The notes under the pieces are model-generated. The model had not been told where the DNA came from. It did not search any database and saw only the letters and a program-made list of their open reading frames with translations. 64,000 nt of DNA from an uncultured Planctomycetota bacterium (GTDB taxonomy: Bacteria; Planctomycetota; Planctomycetia; Isosphaerales; Isosphaeraceae). How positions within the stretch are numbered: position 1 is the first letter of the stretch; each line of letters starts with the position of its first letter. The position numbers and the translations under genes are program-made. Of this stretch, positions 54,044-64,000 are shown one piece after another. Location of the stretch: positions 1,430,028 through 1,494,027 of the forward strand of contig CAWJTV010000011.1 of NCBI GenBank assembly GCA_963845755.1, given 5' to 3'.

Positions 54044-54700
54044 CTAAGAATCCTCCAAGGTAGCATTTCCGCAGTGGACCGCCCCCGCCTGTCCACCGCT
54101 GCCTGGTGGTGAGCTCGCGCCCCTCCGCTGCCCTTGCATCGATGCTCGCAGCCGACTCCCCTCAGGCTCAGCCGCTGACCCGAAATAGGTCGCCGCAACC
54201 TCCTCGTCATCCGGGACGGCGACGATCAGGATCGTCCCACCCGCCTTCATCCGATCCCCCAGGAACCGCTGTCCTGCCCTTTCCGGCTTGAGCCCTAACA
54301 TGTCAGCGTGCCCGGTCTGGACCTTCTTGAAGGCCCCGGAATCCAGCGGGTGGAGAGACTCGAAAGCATCCTCGCCGACGCCGTTCAGGGATTTCGCGTC
54401 GAACTTCATTCCCGATAGAGGATCGGCCCCGAGATCCTGCGGCTCGGTGAGGAAGAACCTCAACTTCCGGTCCTTCGCGAATCTCGGGACGCTCGGGACG
54501 AGCCGGAGGATCACCTTCTTGACATCGCCCGTTTCGCTCCCGTGCTTGGGTAGCTCGAAGACCAGCACGCCAAAGCTTGCGTACCGTTTGTTCCTCCGAC
54601 CCTCTTGAAATAGTGACTGCCGGTTTCGCCCTGTCGCGGCCCCGCCGGCTGAACCGTCAGGCTCTTGGTCGCGGTCGCCTCGTTTCCCGCCAGGGCTGGA
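54044..54700 (-). pseudogene. Degraded hypothetical protein fragment
   Basis: Protein-like core (YASFGVLVFELP...IVAVPDDEEVAATYFG) whose N-terminal part (TVQPAGPRQGETG) is in another frame; no clear start. Confidence 0.4.
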
Positions 54701-54902
54701 AAGCCAGGCGACGTCGCCAAGGCGAAGAACCGAAGGATCGCCTGGAATCTGGCCAGCATTGTCTTCCTCTTTCAATCCTTGCGGTTGGGGGTGTCGCGCC
54801 GGATATAGTCTGGTCGTGGCTCTCCGAAGTCTCCACCATAGTCAAACGGCGATCCGTCCCGGCCGTCGTCCCACCCCGGTGACGATACCGGATCAACGTG
54901 AA

Positions 54903-57900
54903 TTACGGTCGTGCGGCATCGCTCAGGCTGTTTTTGATCTGACGAACACATACCCTCCGGCGCGTGGTGGACCTCGCTGCCCAGGAAACGCAAGACCAGG
55001 TAGTTCATCATCTGAAGGCGATTCGTGATCCGATTGTCGAGGGTCCGCTGGCGCACGCTCGAATGCCATTGCAAGCCATCCACGTAGATCAGCACTTTCT
55101 TGTCGCTGGCCAGGAATGCGAAATCGGCCCGCGTGAGCAGGCGGCTGCCGTCCCAGACTTCGTGCTGCTTGGTCGGTTCGGGTAGCGAGCCGTCGGCGCG
55201 AATGGCCTTCAGCAGGTTCAGTTCCTGCGGCGACTCGCAGCCTTCGGCCCGCGCCTCGTCCCATTCGGGTCCCTCATTTCCGGGGACCGGCCGGACGCCC
55301 TGGATCGGCCCCTCCTCGGTAACGGTCTCGCCGGTCAGGGCCCGCAGGTAGGGCACGGCCAGCCGCCAGTCGAGGAGCCGGTGCATGCGCTGGTTACGGT
55401 AGGTGCGGAGGCAGCGGTAGCAGGAGTCCGGGCAGTCGTGACCGTCGAGGTGCTCCAGCGCGGCCCGGGCCACTGCCGGCAGGTGCTCGGCTAGCCTCTG
55501 CAGCAGGCCCGACCCACCCAGCACGGGGTCGATCAGCAGCAGGTCGAGCGGCTCTTCTCGCGTTGGTCCGTCTTCACTGCGGAGAAGCCGCGTCAGGACA
55601 TACGCCTCCAAGTCGTCCTCGTCGACCTCGAATAGACGGACCGCGCCCTGAACCAGCGCGTAGAGCAGCGACCATGACCAGGCCACTGCCTCGTCCCCGA
55701 GCTGGGCCGGGATCGGGGACGACGAGGCGGAGTGTGTCGGCCTTCCGCTTGTGGCCCAGTGAGAAGTGGTCCGGCGTTCCGTTGCACCGCTTGGCATGCG
55801 GGCCGAGCGCCGCACGTGCGTCCTGGACCACGTCGCCCTCTTGTGGTTTGGCGGCCTTGGCCAGCTTCTTCTGCTCGGACTTGTCGAAGTAGTCGCCGCA
55901 CTGTGAGCAGAGCACGAAGCCGGGGCTCGATGCCCGATCCTCGGCCAGGCTACCGACTTCCTTCAGGCCGTGGTTGATGAACCAGATCTCCTCCTGCGAC
56001 CGTAAGTCCAGCGCCCAAGAGCCGATCCGGAAGCGAACCCCCTCTCGGTCGAGTTGCGGGTGGGGACGGATGTCGAAGGCCGCCATCATGCGGTCTTCCT
56101 CGCTGTCGGCGACCACCTCCGACTCCCACGCCTGGAATGCGCTGGCGTCCCAGGCAGTGTAAGTCGCAAGCCCGGCCCCGTCGTCATCGCCGATAGGCGC
56201 CTGACAGCGAGCGCAGAAGTTGAGGTTCGGGCGGTTGGCCAGCCCGCAGCTCCCGCAGAGGGTGAACTTGAACATCGACTGATCCGGGCCCGCGGGCGAG
56301 CCGGGGCGGTGCAGTGCGACGCCGGTCACCCGCCACCGGCCACCCCGTGCGTAGACGATCTGGCCCGGGGCGAACTCGCGCTGGGCCTGGAGTCGCCCGC
56401 CGAAGACAGGCTCGGGCTGGTAGCCCAGGGCCACCGAGCCGGGGTCGGATGGAAACGAGTAGCCGGGGAGCAGCCCGGCCTCGGCCAGGACACGGGGCAG
56501 GTAGGCGTAGCGGTTGTCCTCGCGGAGTCGGATGGCGAGCATGCGGTAACCCGACTGGGCCTGATTCTCCTTGGGGGTCAGCTTGATCTTTTCGCCGAGC
56601 TTCCGCACCTCTTCGGCGGCTTGGCTCAGCAGCTTGCCCCGCTCGATGAGCGTCGCCTGGACCTGCTGCCGGGAACGCGGCGGCGATCGTCCTCGAAGAA
56701 GGCGGTCGATGCGCCCGGCAGGTCGGGCCAGAGGCGCCGCGCCGACGCCACTGCCGGTTCCGCTCCCGGCCTGGATCTTGGTGAGCAGTTCCTTGATCGC
56801 CGGCTCGATCGGCTGGCCCTTCTCGGTCAGGTATGTGCGCCAGGTTGTGGGGGATGTCCAGCTCGGCGTGTTCGAGGACCAGGCTCCTGACGTGGCGGGC
56901 GATCGCCTCCAGGTTGTCGAGGTTGAACCGGGGCGGCGGGATCGCCCCGGAGATGATCTCGCCGGGATGGTCGAAGAAGTAGCCGTCGTGGGGCGTGTTG
57001 CGGCTGAACCCGGCGACGATGCCCATCCGGCTGACGCGACCCGTGCGGCCGGAGCGCTGGGCGTAGTTGGCCGGGCTGGGGGGGATGTTCCGCATGGCGA
57101 CCGCTTCCAGGTCGCCGATGTTGACGCCCATCTCCAGGGTCGGCGTGCAGGCCAGCAGGTTCGGGCGGGGCGGCGTGCGGTTCATGAAGCCGTCCTCGGC
57201 CTTCTCGCGGTCCTCCTCGGTCACGGCCGCCGAGTGCTCGGCGGCGAAGAGCGGCGGGGCGTAGTCTTGCACGGCCATCAGGGCGTTCAGGTTTCCCTCT
57301 GCGATCGGCCCTGGCCAGGGGATCATCCGGCCCGAACAGTTCGGGCGGTCGCAGGGGTGCTCGTCTTGCTCGTTCGCGGTGACCCGGTCGCAGACCGAGC
57401 AGCGGCGGAAGGAGCGGCCGACCTCGAACTCGAGCTGGTCGTGGTTGACCTGGTAACCTTCCCCGTCCTCGTGCTCACCGCCGATCGTCTCCCAGGCGAG
57501 ATAGCCATCTTCGGCGAGCCAGCCAAGATGGCCTCCAGCGATGCTGGCGGTGCCGCGGCTGACGGTGTCGTTGACGCGGTGCAGATGCTGCCAGAGCCGC
57601 TGGATCGAGGTCGGGTTGCCCTTCGCGTTCCAGGTCGCGAGAACAGCTTGTAGGACCGGGTGTCGGCGGACTTCTGCTGGGGTGGCAGGAAGGCGACCGG
57701 CTTGCCGACGTAGCGGTTGACCTGGATTCCGAACCGGGAGGCCAGCTTGTCGTTGGGGAAGAGGCGTGTCTTGAAGACCTCGTGGTTGACCGCCATCCGC
57801 TGCCGCATCTCGTCGAGGATCAGCCGCGCCCCGTGGGCCGCGACGCTGGGGCGGAGCTGGTGCTCGGCACAGAGTCGCTGGAAGGCGTCAGCCGCGAGTG

Positions 57901-60112
57901 CCTCGTCGAGCCCGGCGTAACGGACCTTGACGAGGCCCATCCGCTCCAGGGCGGCGCGAGCCTTGGGCGAGATGACGAATTCGGCCAGCAGCTCGCCGAG
58001 GATGCGGTCCTTCTCGCGCTTGATCTGGTCCTTCTTCTTGCTCTTCGGGAACCGGCCCTGGCCGATGTATCGCTCGTGCAATCCGTCGACCAGCCATTCC
58101 AGGTCGTGCGGCTCTGTCTCGCCGTCTAACAGAGCGTAGACGAGCCGTCGAAGACGTACTCGGTCCTCGGATGCCTCGACGAACCGGGCCTGGTGGGCAG
58201 GCGTCCTGGCGGCTGTCGCAGAAGACCAGCAGCTTCCGCTGGTCCGGCGGAAGACCGTTCATCAGGACCCGTGAAACGTGGGTCAGCGCCGAGGAGTTCC
58301 CGAGACTGACCGGCGTCAGCACATCGGAGCTGCCGTACCGGCTGGAGCAGACCGGGCAGCGCGTTCCCCGGCCCTTGTGCAGGAGCACGGGGCGTAGGAG
58401 GTCTTTTGTTCCCGGCAGACTCTCTTCTCCCGTATGCCAGAGCCGGAGGCTCGTGGGGTCCAGGTTGCGGTCGAACAGGCCCAACTGGGTTGCCTCAGTT
58501 TCCGACTCCGGCACCTCTTCGGGCACGTCCGCCGTCACGGGTTCGTCGTCGTCCTCCTCGACACCGGATGCGTCGACCTCGGGATCGACCTCGACCCGGA
58601 CTCCGGGGGGATCGTAAAGGAACAGCGTGTCCTTGGTTGACCGCCGCCAGGTCCAGGGCTGAAGGGCCTGGTTCTCGTCCGGTTGGACGGCGACGAAGAA
58701 GTCCCAGCCGCAGGTGCGGCAGAGGGCCAGGGGCAGGCTTTTCGAGCCGCACTGGTCGCACTCGCCGATCCCCTCGCCGAGCAGCTTGCCGCAGGAGGGG
58801 TTCGTACAACGCCAGAACCGGGCCAGGCCGCGCAGGAAGCGGTGGACGCGCGGCCGGATCTTGACGAGGCCACCGTCGGGCAAGCAGGGTCCGACCAGGA
58901 GCGCGGCCTCGAGCTCGCGGCGCAGAGCCTCGAGATCGACACCCTCCCGCTCAGGCCGCTCCGCCAGCCGATCTAGACCTCGTCCTCGGAACGGGGATGC
59001 CGGAGCCAATCCATCAGCAAGTACGGCAATGCCGCGCGATCCCAGAGGGCGGCCGGCGGTTCCGACGAGTCGGGCGGGGATCCGGCCAGCTTCCGCACCA
59101 GGGCCGCGACCTGCTTGGGGTCGTCCTGGTCGAAAGAGTTCAACTCCTCCTCGGTGATGTTCGGAGGAGGGGGCAGGGTCGATCCAGAGGGTAACGGAGG
59201 CGTCTCGGTCGCCTCGGTGATGATCGCCTCGGGGGGCGTCTCCTGGCCGGTGAGCCGGCCGAAGAACTGGGCGATGCCGACCTTGGGGTCTTGCTCTTCG
59301 CCGGCCTGGAGGGTGGCTGAAGTGCCGATGAAGACCACGTCGAGCTTGGCAGTGCTCTTGCGCAGGACGTCGCGGAGGCGGCGCATGAGGCAGGCCACGT
59401 CGGTGCCGAGGGTGCCATGGTAGGTATGGACCTCGTCGAGCACGATGTAGCGGACCCGGTGATTCTTGAGAATCTCCCGCCCGTCCTTTCGCATCAGCAT
59501 GTATTCGAGCATCAGGTAGTTCGTCAGCAGAAGGTCCGGCGGCCTGGTGCGGAATTCGGCCCGGAGGACCCGCTCGTTCTCGGGGGCGTCGGCGGGCCGC
59601 GAGCCCATGATCTTGGTCTCGCCCGTATAGCGGCCGAACGAGACCGTGGTGCCGTCGAGCAGCTTCCGAATGCGGTTGCACTGATCGTTGGCCAGCGCGT
59701 TCATCGGGTACATCAAGATCGCCTTGACCGAGTCCTCGCCCTCGCGGTGCTCGCGTAGGCAATGGTCGATGATCGGCATCAGGAACGCTTCGGTCTTGCC
59801 CGAACCGGTGCCGGTGGCGACGACCGTGGGCTTGCCCTCGAGAATGCGGCGACAGGCTTCGGCCTGATGGCGGTAGGGCCGGTCGGCGATCACGCCGAAG
59901 CGGGCGCGGGCCTCGGCCGAGAGGTCGTCGATCGGAGGGGCGTGCTGGTACGGTTGTGCCAGGGCGATGAACGGCTCGCGGGTCAGGAAGCCGTCCTTCT
60001 CGATCTCGGCCCGGAAGGCTTCGGCCAGATCTTCCTGGCGGGGAGCAAAGGCCGTCTTGAGCAGCTTGAGGTACTCGGTGCGGAGGTTTCGGGCGATCAG
60101 TAGTGGGTTCAT
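54903..60112 (-). CDS. Large YprA-like SF2 helicase: DEAD/DEAH, zinc fingers, HelicC, DUF1998, DUF559/Vsr-like nuclease; multiple frameshifts
   Basis: TGTGSGKT, YPMNALANDQ, DEVH, SAT, several CxxC, TPTLEMGVNIG, QRSGRTGR, GGSG..CPDSCYRCL, RADFAF..IYVDGLQWH..D..LVLRF across five or more ORF pieces. Confidence 0.88.
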
Positions 60113-60184
60113 ATCCACGTCTCCGCAGCGTTGATGAGGCAATCGGCAAGGGGCTGGTTGACGGCATCGATCTCGGGCTCTGGT

Positions 60185-60929
60185 CTAGAGCCAAGGAGCA
60201 ATCCACGTAAGGATTTCTGGAAGTTTTGCCTGGGCATCTCTGATCAAGCCACGATACTCCTCGGGAGGGCGAAGGAAAAGTTGGCGGACGATCCCAAGAT
60301 AAGGCCGTCTGATCGAAAAATGCAATTGTAGAAGGTTCTTTAACTTGGGCCGCACTGGGGTATCCAACACGACCAGTTCGAGGAGACAAATAAACGTTTC
60401 TATTTTGACACGACGCTCATCTTTGATCGACTCCCTGTCGAGTTGGAGCACATCGAGAGTCTTTTCGGCACGTAGAAAGCGATCGGGTTGAGGGTTCAGA
60501 CCCGTAGCCCCGGTGCGGAGATCCCACTCGAAATAGTCCAAAGGGTCGTCCTCACAGGGTTCGATGAGGAGCCGTCCGCACACGGGATCTGACGGGAATT
60601 GGTCAAGCTTGGCGTTGTTACAGATGCTACAAGAACGGAGGAAGTTTTCCCACGCAAACATCCTCGAGGGATACAAGGATTGAGGCTGGAAATGCTCGAT
60701 GTCCTTGGCGTTCGACCTGCTCGCAATAGGTGCACTTCCCTTACGAGAACGCATCGAGTGCCTGATCGACGTGGCGTCTGGCGACAGTTTTCCGGAACGT
60801 CTTCCACGCCCGCTCGATCCAAGGGTCATGAGGCGGTACCCGTCTCGCCAGACGGGATTTCCGTGTCAGGTAACGCCTCGTCCTTGCATCAAGTGCATTC
60901 TTGCGGTGCGGACGTCGGAGCGGTCTCAT
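60185..60929 (-). CDS. HNH endonuclease (PtuB-like); in-frame stop at 60741 and frameshift near 60710
   Basis: GKCTYCE, DIEHFQPQS.YP..FAWENFL.SC..CN..K, LIEPCEDDP; ATG overlaps the ATPase stop. Confidence 0.8.
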
Positions 60930-62446
60930 TTTTTCGCTTTGAGTTCCTTCAGGGTGGTCTTGATGAACGCCGCCGTCTCGGCCTGGAGTTCCCTCTCTTC
61001 GATGGTCTCGCCCGGCGCGGTCAAGCGGTTGTCGAGCTTGTCGGTCAGCCATGAAAGTTGCTGTTCATCGTCCTTGGTCAATTTCCCCCAGGTCCGCTTG
61101 GCAACAAGGTCCGCGTGCCTGCGAATGAGGGATTCGGTTTCCTCATCGCGGGTGGCGTCGAGGCCGAAGAGCGGGCTCGTGAGGATCTGATCGACCCTCC
61201 ATCCTTTGACCGAGTCGAGCGGCTGTTGGGCCTCCACCGTCCCTTCGGGCGTGACGGATCGGAGCACGAACAGGCCGCCGTCGCTGCCGGCCTGCGCGAC
61301 GAACGGGCTGTGGCTCGTGACGATGAACTGCATCCGGGGGAACACACTCCGAAGTCGGAGCCCGATCTCTCGTTGCCAGGACGGATGCAGGTGCGCGTCC
61401 ACCTCATCGATCAAGATCACGCCTTCGGCCGTGATCCGGGGCTCCCCACCCTCGTTGTCCACCCAGCGACTGAGTTCATGGTAGATGCTAGGTGTGTCTG
61501 TGACGGCCGGGGTGTGAATGACGCCCGGCGGGTCGTTATCGAGGCGCCTCAGGATGTCGATGGCCAGCGCCAGGAAGCTGCGATAGCCGTCGCTGAGATC
61601 GAGGACCGCCACTTCGGTCCCTCCGACACTCCGAAAATAGACGCGCTCCGAATCGACGCGGGTGATGTGGACCTCTCCGGGTAACAGGCTGTCAATCAAA
61701 CGCCGAACCGCCTCAAGGGTGCTCTTGGCTCCGTCTCGCCCTGGGTGATTCTTGTCGATCGATCGGCTATAGAGGGCGCTCAACCACTCCGTGCAATGGG
61801 TGAGCGCCGTGGCTTCGCGGAACAGGGTGACGTATCGAGCTTCTCTCCCGAAAGAAAACATCAACCTGGATTCCTCGGACGTGCCGCCGAGCAATCGTCG
61901 GAACGGCCCATATCCACAGGAAAACCAGCCCCAATTCATGGCCGCGTACGGCCCGTTCATCAATGCCTTCTTGTCATCGAGTAGCGGGACCAACTGGGGC
62001 TGGTCATAAGTCGTGGCGTCGAGCACGACTTGTTGACGTCCCGTCACGGCGAATCGAGTCGTATAGGGCTTCTTCCGGATCTTTCCCACCGGGAGGTAAA
62101 GGGGGGGCCCAGTCCCTCTTGAGATCATCCCCGTTTCGACGTTGACAACGGGGACGCGCCTGTCCACTCTCACGGCGATGTCCATCTTCCCCTGGACGAT
62201 CGACGCGGAGAACTCGCCGTGCGCCTGTCCCTGGCGGACCCAACCGTCGGGGTTCAACAAGAGTCGCTGTCCGGCTAGAGGACCGACCAGGGAGATGGCC
62301 ATCGCCTGGAGGAGGGTGCTCTTGCCCATGCCGTTGCCGCCGAGCAGGACGATCCAGCCGCTGTAATCCTCGCCGACGTGCGGGAATTTGAGCTCGACTC
62401 GGTCGAAGCACTTGATGCCCTGAATGGTGAACTCTTGCAGATACAT
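60926..62446 (-). CDS. ABC-type/AAA_21 ATPase (PtuA-like)
   Basis: Starts MYLQEFTIQGIKCF; GGNGMGKSTLL, LSDGY, LIDEVDAHLHPSWQ, FIVTSHSP. Confidence 0.9.
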   Translation of the reverse strand: MYLQEFTIQGIKCFDRVELKFPHVGEDYSGWIVLLGGNGMGKSTLLQAMAISLVGPLAGQRLLLNPDGWVRQGQAHGEFSASIVQGKMDIAVRVDRRVPVVNVETGMISRGTGPPLYLPVGKIRKKPYTTRFAVTGRQQVVLDATTYDQPQLVPLLDDKKALMNGPYAAMNWGWFSCGYGPFRRLLGGTSEESRLMFSFGREARYVTLFREATALTHCTEWLSALYSRSIDKNHPGRDGAKSTLEAVRRLIDSLLPGEVHITRVDSERVYFRSVGGTEVAVLDLSDGYRSFLALAIDILRRLDNDPPGVIHTPAVTDTPSIYHELSRWVDNEGGEPRITAEGVILIDEVDAHLHPSWQREIGLRLRSVFPRMQFIVTSHSPFVAQAGSDGGLFVLRSVTPEGTVEAQQPLDSVKGWRVDQILTSPLFGLDATRDEETESLIRRHADLVAKRTWGKLTKDDEQQLSWLTDKLDNRLTAPGETIEERELQAETAAFIKTTLKELKAKK

Positions 62447-62457
62447 GAGTCGGTTCC

Positions 62458-64000
62458 TTACTTCGCCACGTGAAGCGTGGTGGACCTCCGGTGCAAGAGG
62501 TTGTCGATCAGGGTGCCGGCCTCCACGGTGCCGGCCTCTTTCGGGATATTCTCCCATAGCGCCATGGCCCGCTGCCACCGCGCCTCGCGCTCGGCCTTGT
62601 CGCGGAGGACTCGCTGGGCCATTTCGGGGGTGAGGACGCCTTCGTCGGGGGATAGACCGCCGGCTTCGGAAGCGGCGCTTGACGAAGGAGGCACGGCGAC
62701 GGTCGATCGTGGGGATGTAGGCGACGGCTCCCAATTCGCGGGCGAGAGCCACCCTTTGCCGAAGGTCCCTGATGGGACCGGTCTCGGCGACGGCGTGGTC
62801 GGTGTTACCGGAGATATCGACCCCGGCCTCGGTGAAGAAGGCTACGATGTCAGTCGGAGGCTCCGGCACACCGTCGGGGCAGATTCTTGATATGCGCGCT
62901 GCATCGAGCCTCACATCCAACCGACCGGCGAGATAGTCGAGATAGGTCAGCAAGGCCAGGTCGCGCGTGATGAAGCTGATCGGGCGGCGGTCGGGCCCTT
63001 GTTCGTTGGCCGCAATCGATAGTCGTGTGGTAATGGGGGCTGGTCGCGGTCAAGCAGCGGGAAGGTCGAGAGGATGTAGGCGAACTCGGAGGGGGTCAGC
63101 TCAAACTGGGGCGGCAAGGGTCGCGTCGAGTAAGGTGCGCGCCCCGGTCTACGGATAAACCGTCATGCTCGTTCGTACCCTGCCGAGAAAAGGTTGCAAC
63201 GTGTTCTGGCAGAGAGGCCGGCGCAGGCAACTGGCTGATCAGTCCCAGAGAGTTCGCACCGCTCGTAACCAACCGCAACACCATGTCGATCGCGAAGCTG
63301 TTCATCAACCCGCATACTGCAAAATGGGCGTCCGCGTCTGACAAGTCGGCGTGCAGCACCGGCAACTTGTGCCCGCAGGGCCACGCGGCCGGAATGACCG
63401 AAGCGATGAACGATCGCTCGTCACTCGACTTAGAGACGTCCCGAAACCCGACTTTCCATCGTCCTTTCTTCGGCGTCCGAATCTCGGCGTCGAGCCGGCT
63501 GAGAAAGTAGTGGGAGATCAGATCAGTCTCCTCGGGTGCCAGAGGGCGGGTTATCACCCAGCTCCCTGAACCCGACACGTAGGCGAACCGGGAGTAGTTG
63601 TGCTGGTGAACCCACTTACCCTCCATCAGCGGCAGGAACATGTCGCCAGATCGCAAGCAAGGCGGGATGGAACAGCTCTCCGAGGAACTTCCGGCCGGGG
63701 ACGTAGACCGGGGCGTCGTTCGGTCCGGCCTCGTCTGGGGAGACGAAGATCGTGGGGGAGCCGTCGTCGTCGGGACCCTGGCCGTAGAAGCGGAGTCCAC
63801 CAGGAAGATCACGTCGGATCGGAAAGTCGTCGAGGTCAGAGCGTCGAAGGGTCTTGCCCTTGGGGATCGGCCAGGGGACACGATGGTCCACTGGTGCCTC
63901 GCCGTCGAATACGGCGTACCAGACGGCGATAGGCCGCTCGATGTAGCCCCGATCCTTGTACCAACCCGCGTCTGCCGCTCGCCAGGTTTCGCCTGGCTCC
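62458..64000 (-). CDS. C-terminal part of a type IIG/Eco57I-like (DrmMI-like) N6-adenine methyltransferase; partial and frameshifted
   Basis: FLPLMEGKWVHQHN, VGFRDVSKSSDERSFIASVIP, LMNSFAIDMVLR, then FELTPSEFAYILSTFPLLDRDQPPLP..SFITRDLALLTY. The catalytic motifs would lie beyond the window. Confidence 0.7.

Noticed and set aside
60185..62446. Retron system
   Set aside because: The ATPase-HNH pair fits a retron effector, but no reverse transcriptase or msr-msd is visible in the window.
60926..62953. 675-aa ORF as a single ATPase with N-terminal extension
   Set aside because: The first 169 codons overlap the frameshifted MTase tail; the ATPase has its own typical start at 62446.

Overview
High-GC bacterial DNA. 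Gene content (planctomycete-style sulfatase, Ser/Thr kinases, sigma-54 activator) suggests Planctomycetota, probably Isosphaeraceae; this is inference. Many recognisable genes carry single-base frameshifts, most likely uncorrected long-read errors, so I re-joined them by eye. From left to right: (1) a zinc-ribbon TRAFAC GTPase and a GAP1-N2-like partner, the start of a GTPase-centred conflict-type system that runs off the left edge; (2) a long minus-strand run: GAF sensor kinase, two response regulators, SnoaL-like protein, repeat-rich TPR protein, duplicated His-motif protein, DyP peroxidase, atypical catalase-like protein, DUF202 protein, arylsulfatase; (3) a hybrid PAS kinase preceded by a sigma-70 remnant, and a sigma-54 activator with a pseudo-receiver; (4) a complete Tad/Flp pilus locus (about 25.4-49.9 kb) with a GT2 synthase, a GT-C-like protein and five GT87-like membrane glycosyltransferases placed between tadD and three flp pilins, a candidate pilin glycosylation system; (5) two divergent Ser/Thr kinases; (6) a displaced tRNA 3' end (probable att site, about 53.8 kb) bounding an island in which an ABC-ATPase/HNH pair is nested between a type IIG-like methyltransferase and a large DUF1998 helicase-nuclease. 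No rRNA, intact tRNA or CRISPR array was seen.
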